A DNA stretch of 41,375 nucleotides from Phycisphaerales bacterium (GTDB lineage: Bacteria; Planctomycetota; Phycisphaerae; Sedimentisphaerales; Anaerohalosphaeraceae). Location: NCBI GenBank assembly GCA_011048645.1, contig DSDR01000172.1:1-41375 (forward strand), given 5' to 3'. Both the position numbers and the translations under genes were made by a program. Shown here piece after piece: positions 35,903 through 41,375 of this stretch. How positions within the stretch are numbered: the first letter of the stretch is position 1; the number at the start of each line of letters is the position of its first letter. Below the pieces are notes generated by a model that was not told where the DNA came from, did no database searches, and saw only the letters and a list, made by a program, of their open reading frames with translations.

Positions 35903-38431
35903 CTACGGCCACAACCCCAATTTCAACGGCGATTGTGTCGGATCAGCCGGTATCAGCATAACGCCGTCCTGCGGATGTTCGTCGGCCAATTGCGCAACCG
36001 CTTCGGTCGGCAACACCATAAAAGCGGTGGTCAACGCATCGGCTTTGGCCGCTGAAAAATCCGTCAACAGCCAAACCGCCCGTCTTTTTGATGCGGGCCG
36101 GCCGGATACGGGATCAATGATATGGCTTCCGCGCTCCAGCCCCGAACAACTCAGCACGCGACCGGCCAACGCCAGGCGAACCAGCGTTTCTGCTGGATCG
36201 TGCGGATTGGACAACCGAATCGGCCAGCCGTCCCTTTCTTGCGGCGGCCCCAACGCGCGCACCGAGCTTGCCCCGCCGTGTATCAGGGCGTGTTCAATGG
36301 TCCACTGGTTCAACATTTCGGCCATCCGATCAATCGCGTAGCCTTTGGCCACGCCGCCCAAATCAAGCTCCATATTCGGCCGCCCTACGATAACGGTTAA
36401 CTCCTCCGCATTGAGTTCAAACGGCCTGCCCTCTCGCGTCGGCAACAGTCGGGCGATCTGATCAGGAGTCGGTTCGCCCTGCCGCCACAGCTGAACCAAC
36501 GGTCCGACCGACATATCAAATGCGCCGTCTGTCCGTGCGTAAACTTCTTCAGCAATTTTTAAACAAGCCATCGTATCCGGCGAGACCACCACCGATTCGC
36601 CGGGCCGGGCCTGATTGATGCGACTGATATCGCTGTTGTCGATGAAGCGACTCAACTCCTGCTCCAGCCGATCGACCTCGGTGAACGCCGCACGCGCAGC
36701 GCGGCCGGCGTAAGAGCCGTCCTCGTGCTGAACCCAGATTTCAAAGACCGTATTCATAGCCTGATGGCTGAACTTGGCCGTTTTCGGAATCTCGTTACGG
36801 TCGGGCTGAATATGCACAATAGGTCCCTCATCCACTTGATCATGAGAAGATTCAACGGCCGCCGGCGTCTGAGCAAATACTTTTTCCCACAGAGATCGCG
36901 TCACCACCCCCCGCCATTCGACGCCGGGACGCAGCTCGATATACTCATCAAACAACGGCACATAAAGTTCACGCTGACCCGGCGGCGGGGTCTCATACAG
37001 TTTTCGCAGCACGTCCTGCTTGACATCGGCATGACCAATCACCAACGGTGCATTGGGCAAACGCAAATCGACGGTGTCGGTATAGGCTGCCGCTTCAAAA
37101 TCCCGCAGATACCACGGCAGCGGCCAGTAATCATGCCCCGGCGCAATAACCTGAATAAACATTTTCTTGCCGTCCGGATGGACGTCCGCAATGCGGCGGA
37201 CGGTCTGCTCGATCTTGAACACATCCGGGCCGGTGTGCGCATACACCCACGGATTGCTCGGATGAGCGGCGTATCGGGTGTTCAAAAATACCGACTGAAA
37301 CAGCGGACTGACAACCCCGAAACCCGCCAGTACAATGCACAGCATGATTTTCTGCCATCGCATCACATCCCAGCGAAGCATCCGGTCGGTTGCCAACCCC
37401 GCGAGCAAAACCATCCCGTACATAAAATTTAACGCACACCACGGCGTCTTATACGGGATGACCGAATAAATAATCGTTAAAATCAACGTAAACAAAGCCA
37501 AAAACACACCGAACGGGCGGCGATGCGACAGCCCTGCGCGACGTTGAAATGCAAAAAAGAATCCGAACAGGGCGCCGGCTGCGATGATGTCTTCATTCCA
37601 CGTAATCGGCTGGACAAACTCAATCCACACCATCAAATCCAGATACCAATACCACGGATGGGCGTGGATGCTGTGCTGGCCGGCGCGATTGAGCCAGTAG
37701 GTATAGGTCAGCACCGAATCCAGAATGCCGTCGGGATGTTTGCCGAAGGATGAAAAAAAGACCATACTGGTCGCTGCCGCGGCCAACAGGCCCAGTAGTC
37801 CGTTCCGGTTGTACAGCGAAAAACGCACCGGCCAGCCCGTCAAGACCAGCGTCAGCAGCGCCGCCAGCATCACCGCGGCAAACGTCAGCGCGCACGTTTC
37901 TTTCGTCGCGTGCATCAGACCGGCACACACACCCGCAAAGAGTATCCATCGGCGCCGATGAGACCGCATATACCGCCACATTCCGCCCAGAAAGCCTGCG
38001 GTAAAGCAAACCAGCAGCATTTCCTGAATATAGTAGCGGCTGTAATAGACAAAAGCGGGCGAAAAAGCCAGCAGCACGGTGGAAAACACCGCCGCGCGCA
38101 GACCAATACCGTCAAAAAACAAAAGCGGAGTCAATAAAAGCAACGTTCCGAAAATCGCCGGCACAAAGCGAAGCGTTTTTTCGTCAATATCGATATACGA
38201 CGCCTGTCCGCGGAGCCAGGCCACCGGAAGCGCCAGATAATTCAGCGTCGGACCGTGGTACTCGTCGGGGTCATAGGCGTAAAAGCCCTCATCCAGCAAA
38301 GCGCCGAATTTTTCGGCATGAACCGCTTCATCGGTATGCATCGGCCTCATGTCCAGGGCATAAATCCTGAACCAGAGGCCGAATGCAAGCGTCATACCGA
38401 ACAGCAGACATCCTGTCCGTGATAACCTCAT
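35903..38431 (-). CDS. Fusion protein: N-terminal TIGR03663/PMT-like GT-C polytopic membrane domain (~aa 1-520) plus C-terminal ApbE-family FAD:protein FMN transferase domain (~aa 545-842)
   Basis: The N-terminal part has MHTDEAVH (DE) and EYHGPTLNY (HGP), the invariant motifs I recall for TIGR03663, followed by about 12 or more TM helices. The C-terminal part has AMNTVFEIWV, SDISRIN, TDGAFDMSVGPL, LDLGGVAKGYAIDRM and IHGGASSV, which is the ApbE signature. It is one uninterrupted 842-codon ORF. Confidence 0.8.
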   Translation of the reverse strand: MRLSRTGCLLFGMTLAFGLWFRIYALDMRPMHTDEAVHAEKFGALLDEGFYAYDPDEYHGPTLNYLALPVAWLRGQASYIDIDEKTLRFVPAIFGTLLLLTPLLFFDGIGLRAAVFSTVLLAFSPAFVYYSRYYIQEMLLVCFTAGFLGGMWRYMRSHRRRWILFAGVCAGLMHATKETCALTFAAVMLAALLTLVLTGWPVRFSLYNRNGLLGLLAAAATSMVFFSSFGKHPDGILDSVLTYTYWLNRAGQHSIHAHPWYWYLDLMVWIEFVQPITWNEDIIAAGALFGFFFAFQRRAGLSHRRPFGVFLALFTLILTIIYSVIPYKTPWCALNFMYGMVLLAGLATDRMLRWDVMRWQKIMLCIVLAGFGVVSPLFQSVFLNTRYAAHPSNPWVYAHTGPDVFKIEQTVRRIADVHPDGKKMFIQVIAPGHDYWPLPWYLRDFEAAAYTDTVDLRLPNAPLVIGHADVKQDVLRKLYETPPPGQRELYVPLFDEYIELRPGVEWRGVVTRSLWEKVFAQTPAAVESSHDQVDEGPIVHIQPDRNEIPKTAKFSHQAMNTVFEIWVQHEDGSYAGRAARAAFTEVDRLEQELSRFIDNSDISRINQARPGESVVVSPDTMACLKIAEEVYARTDGAFDMSVGPLVQLWRQGEPTPDQIARLLPTREGRPFELNAEELTVIVGRPNMELDLGGVAKGYAIDRMAEMLNQWTIEHALIHGGASSVRALGPPQERDGWPIRLSNPHDPAETLVRLALAGRVLSCSGLERGSHIIDPVSGRPASKRRAVWLLTDFSAAKADALTTAFMVLPTEAVAQLADEHPQDGVMLIPADPTQSPLKLGLWP

Positions 38432-38437
38432 AGGCGG

Positions 38438-39214
38438 CTATTTGCCATACACTTCCACTTCAATATAGTGGTTGTAGTCATTCTGGTTGTTGCCCTCGCT
38501 CCACAGGCGAACATAGCGACCGCGAATCCCTTTGCAATCGATCAGCTTGCCTTCCGAGGTCTCAACATAATTTTGGTCGGTTCCCACGCCCAGGCCCAGC
38601 GAATTGTTGTGATCATTATTGAAGACCACCGTCGATTCAATAAATTCCGGATCGTTGGAAATCTCGACGACCACATTGAAATACACCGCCGGCGTGCGGT
38701 GATAGTGCCAGACGACAATGGCATAAATGTCGTGTTCCTTTTCCAGGTCAATCATCACCCACTGGGCAAACGGCCCCAGTTCCACCACACTGCCTTCGGT
38801 GGCTTCTTTATCGCCATCGACAATCATCTCCAGGTCACCCATTATCGGAAACGGTTCCGAGCTGGTTACCGGCTTGTTGAGCGCCACATTAGCGACCCCT
38901 TCGGGCGCCAGAAACGGCGGGCGCGGTCTGCCGAGTGGTTTTTCAAGATTCTGCACGCCTTCCAGATTCTGCGGCGTCCCGACAAACATCGGCTTGGGCA
39001 ATGTCAGCGGTATCGGAACAAGATTCTCATCCTCGTTTGCCGGTTCAGTCTCCGAAGTTGCGGGAACCTGTTCCGTTGACGTCGCCGGTTCACTCTCGAC
39101 CGAACGGGTTGTCTGCTCGTCATCCGGTTGGGCCGGGGGTGTTGGACTTTTTTTACATCCAAAAGCGATCAGACCGATTGTTAATACTACACTCAACCAC
39201 ACCAATTTTTTCAT
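38438..39214 (-). CDS. Lipoprotein with an acidic/Thr-Pro linker and a discoidin (F5/8 type C) domain
   Basis: The lipobox is MKKLVWLSVVLTIGLIAFGC. The C-terminal domain is QWVMIDLEKEHDIYAIVVWHY..GRYVRLWS..YIEVEVYGK. The stop lies 6 nt before the fusion gene's ATG. I set the start at ATG 39214, which has a GGGAGA SD. Confidence 0.75.
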   Translation of the reverse strand: MKKLVWLSVVLTIGLIAFGCKKSPTPPAQPDDEQTTRSVESEPATSTEQVPATSETEPANEDENLVPIPLTLPKPMFVGTPQNLEGVQNLEKPLGRPRPPFLAPEGVANVALNKPVTSSEPFPIMGDLEMIVDGDKEATEGSVVELGPFAQWVMIDLEKEHDIYAIVVWHYHRTPAVYFNVVVEISNDPEFIESTVVFNNDHNNSLGLGVGTDQNYVETSEGKLIDCKGIRGRYVRLWSEGNNQNDYNHYIEVEVYGK

Positions 39215-39357
39215 TTTGACTGTCTCCCGGTTATATACCATTTCTGTCTATTTCTTGTACTTATTTCATTGTAACTGAAAAATCCCGAATGTCAAATTCC
39301 GGTTTTTTTCGCGTCTTCGCTCAACCGATTTGTCTGTGGCATCTTTTCGACAAAAAA

Positions 39358-39395
39358 ACGTCGCGGCCGCTGAACCCTCCAGAAAGCCGCGACGT
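39358..39395 (-). terminator. Rho-independent terminator after the permease gene
   Basis: There is a perfect 10-bp stem, ACGTCGCGGC / GCCGCGACGT, with an 18-nt loop. On the minus strand it is followed by TTTTTTT (the plus-strand A-run at 39351-39357). Confidence 0.75.
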
Positions 39396-39456
39396 AAAAA
39401 CGATTTATCCTGTATTCATAATACCTTATGAACACGAAATCGAAACCTCGTCGGGT

Positions 39457-40830
39457 TTACTTCTTTTCCAGGGATACCGTTTCCGGCTCAAGTCCCATTT
39501 CCGCGGCCACCAGATAGATTGAGAATCCAAGAATAAACGAGACGAGCGTTTCAAGACCGTAACTGAATCCGATGCCCGGAAGGACATTAAAGATACCCAC
39601 AACAAACCCCACAGCCCAAGCGATATAGCCGGCCCAGTTAATCCCTTTCCGCGGCCCGTTCCAGCCTCCGCTGCGGATATAGTCGGCGGTCATGGCGCCA
39701 ATAATCGGACCGAAAGAAGCCCCGATCAAGCCGAAGAACCCCGCCAGATTGTTGGCCAACCCCGTCGCGGCCAGAATCACGCCCACGACACCGGCCGCCA
39801 TCGTCATACCGGTACGCGGCAGTTTGGGGAACATCGTCGAGAATGAATTGGCCGCCAAAAACGCACAAAAGCCCGTCGGACAAATGCAGGCGATCAAGAA
39901 CACCCAGAACATAATTTTCGATAAGCCGCCGACCTCGCCGAGCGAACTGATAAACAGCGGAATTCCAGCCATTTTATCCGTCCCGACCCCGTGTTGAACC
40001 GCCAGTTGTGGATTATTGCCGATGGCTCCGGCAATCGTAAACAGGGCAAACGTACCGGCGACCAGCGCCGCAATCGTAATGCCCCAAAATCCGCCCAACA
40101 CCACGTCTTTTTGAGAACGACTGTTCATCGTAAAATCAGCGCCGGCTGCACCGGCCGTCGCAAAAAAACCGGCCGCGGCCTGTATCGCCGCAAACGCACC
40201 CAACCCCATGACGGGAATGATGGCCGCCGAGCGAGCGATGTCGGCGACCGATTCGAATTTGCCGATGCCGCCCATATTGGCAAACCCCGCAATCACAATG
40301 GCGGCCAAAGGAAAGACGGGAATCCAGCTCGACAGCCAGCCCAGCCAGCTAATGCCGACCGCACCCACAAACGCAAAAATCAATCCCCAAACCGCACAAA
40401 CCAGCCAGAAAAAAGCCGAGTTAGGCCCGGCGTCCCGACCAATGGCCTGCATAAAAAACGAGGCCGCCGAAAACGTAAACACCGCATGCCAACCGATCTG
40501 AAGCGCCCCCATCAATAATCCCGGCATCACAATTCCGCCCTGCGTGCCGAACGTTGACGAGCCGACCACATACAGCGGCATTCCCGTTTTGAAACCGAGC
40601 ATGCCGGGGACATAGTACAGCAGAAAACAGAACAGCGATCCGATCAGCAACCCCACAAATCCGGCCCATACACTGCCGAACTGAAGCGCGCCGGCCATGC
40701 CGGCCATAAACGGCACAGACAGGAAAATGCCCGCATAGGACGGCGCCGTATTTTTGTACCACGGCGCCCGATTTTCCATCGGGTTGGGTTTTGCTGCCGC
40801 CAGATAATTCGGTAAGCTTTCGTTTGCCAT
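39457..40830 (-). CDS. Polytopic permease, probably NCS1 / purine-cytosine permease-like
   Basis: 457 aa with about 12 TM helices. The Gly-rich helices and the N-terminus (PWYKNTAPSYAGIF..) resemble CodB/CytX-type transporters. Family assignment is from memory only. Confidence 0.45.
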   Translation of the reverse strand: MANESLPNYLAAAKPNPMENRAPWYKNTAPSYAGIFLSVPFMAGMAGALQFGSVWAGFVGLLIGSLFCFLLYYVPGMLGFKTGMPLYVVGSSTFGTQGGIVMPGLLMGALQIGWHAVFTFSAASFFMQAIGRDAGPNSAFFWLVCAVWGLIFAFVGAVGISWLGWLSSWIPVFPLAAIVIAGFANMGGIGKFESVADIARSAAIIPVMGLGAFAAIQAAAGFFATAGAAGADFTMNSRSQKDVVLGGFWGITIAALVAGTFALFTIAGAIGNNPQLAVQHGVGTDKMAGIPLFISSLGEVGGLSKIMFWVFLIACICPTGFCAFLAANSFSTMFPKLPRTGMTMAAGVVGVILAATGLANNLAGFFGLIGASFGPIIGAMTADYIRSGGWNGPRKGINWAGYIAWAVGFVVGIFNVLPGIGFSYGLETLVSFILGFSIYLVAAEMGLEPETVSLEKK

Positions 40831-40856
40831 AGTGAACCTCCCTTAAAAATGGTGTG

Positions 40857-41375
40857 TTAGATTTGCGTATCCTTCCTGATCTCTTTGCGAATCAGAACAT
40901 ACAACGTTAACACCGCCGCGGCCGCGAATGCCAGCGCACTCCAGCGATGGGCCTCAAAAAGCCATTCCTGCCCTTTCGTGCCGAACAGCGTGGTCATACT
41001 GATGACCATCGTCAGCGTCAACGGCAGCGACAACGCCGTTAAGAGCCAGAAGCCCGCTTTCGGCGCGGCCGAACAGTCGGTCAGCCAGCAGGCGTTTTTG
41101 TTTTTTCGGTTTTTCCACAAGTCGGCCAGGTGCTCGGCGTCGTGCTTAACCAGTCGATATCGCTCGGCGCCGGTTACGACCACCACCGCCGCACAGGCAA
41201 TAAAAATCGGTGCAAATGTCGCGTGAAGCATCAGCCAGTATCCTTCCAGCCGTCCGCCCAGCAGCGGCGGCAGAAAACCGGTCAGCAGCAGCACGGCAAA
41301 ACTGAGCAAGCCAAATAAAAACGCCAGCTTCCGCAGCCGCCCGCCCCAATTAAGCGATTGCTCCAGAAACAGCAA
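40857..41375 (-). CDS. Hypothetical membrane protein (C-terminal part; the ORF is open at the right edge)
   Basis: It has four hydrophobic helices with conserved-looking His residues (MLHATFAP, FEAHRWSA). The Met shown in the track is an edge artefact. Confidence 0.4.
   Translation of the reverse strand: MLFLEQSLNWGGRLRKLAFLFGLLSFAVLLLTGFLPPLLGGRLEGYWLMLHATFAPIFIACAAVVVVTGAERYRLVKHDAEHLADLWKNRKNKNACWLTDCSAAPKAGFWLLTALSLPLTLTMVISMTTLFGTKGQEWLFEAHRWSALAFAAAAVLTLYVLIRKEIRKDTQI

Noticed and set aside
35896-35910. Hairpin GGCCGT-gct-ACGGCC spanning the convergent stop codons of the SDR and the GT-C::ApbE fusion, considered as a bidirectional terminator
   Set aside because: The stem is only 6 bp with a 3-nt loop and has no U-run on either side. 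That is too weak to call a terminator.
39278-39312. Imperfect hairpin cccgaat-gtcaa-attccgg followed by TTTTTTT on the + strand, considered as a terminator
   Set aside because: The stem needs a bulge, and no + strand gene ends upstream of it. It is more likely part of the AT-rich promoter region of the discoidin lipoprotein gene on the other strand.
1-41375. CRISPR arrays, defence systems (RM, TA, CBASS, retron and similar) and mobile elements
   Set aside because: There are no short-period repeat arrays, and no nuclease, methylase, reverse-transcriptase, ATPase or toxin-like ORFs that I could recognise. I also found no transposase or integrase. The only repeat of note is the 226-bp tandem duplication.

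Overview
This 41.4-kb window is bacterial chromosome at roughly 50-60% GC by spot counts. It probably comes from the PVC superphylum (Planctomycetota, Verrucomicrobiota, Lentisphaerota or Kiritimatiellota). That inference rests on a prepilin-type N-terminus combined with an H-X9-DG C-terminus protein, and on the envelope and glycan gene content. I see no rRNA, CRISPR array, transposase, integrase or recognisable defence genes.

Gene content, left to right:
1. A minus-strand block with a GT2 glycosyltransferase (partial), a 906-aa polytopic membrane protein and an aspartate aminotransferase.
2. An orphan pseudopilin-like gene.
3. A cusC-cusB-(YHS lipoprotein)-cusA heavy-metal efflux operon with unusual extra metal-binding modules and structured intercistronic spacers.
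4. tRNA-Val(GAC) behind a textbook sigma70 promoter.
5. A small membrane protein, a flavodoxin-like protein and a DegT-type sugar aminotransferase.
6. A 1578-aa secreted protein carrying two GH127-like (beta-L-arabinofuranosidase-type) modules.
7. A plus-strand iron island: DtxR-family repressor, FeoA, FeoB, HemP-like peptide, coiled-coil porin, exported FMN-binding-domain protein and OprB-type porin.
8. A Na/Pi cotransporter, then an SSS transporter, galactokinase-like kinase and EEP hydrolase operon.
9. GT2 plus SDR genes, convergent with a discoidin lipoprotein and a fusion of a TIGR03663-like GT-C membrane domain to an ApbE flavin transferase.
10. A permease and a partial membrane protein.

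The most interesting candidates are:
- The Feo island. It looks like an envelope-spanning ferrous-iron or ferric-reduction module: outer-membrane porins, a periplasmic flavoprotein and FeoAB.
- The GT-C::ApbE fusion, which could service that flavoprotein.
- A 226-bp near-perfect tandem duplication of the dtxR promoter, operator and 5' end.
- DtxR-box-like palindromes, including one between feoA and feoB.
- An out-of-frame lipoprotein signal peptide at the start of the first porin.
- A CusF-less cus operon carrying duplicated YHS modules.

All functional calls come from motif-level reading of the translations. No searches were run.
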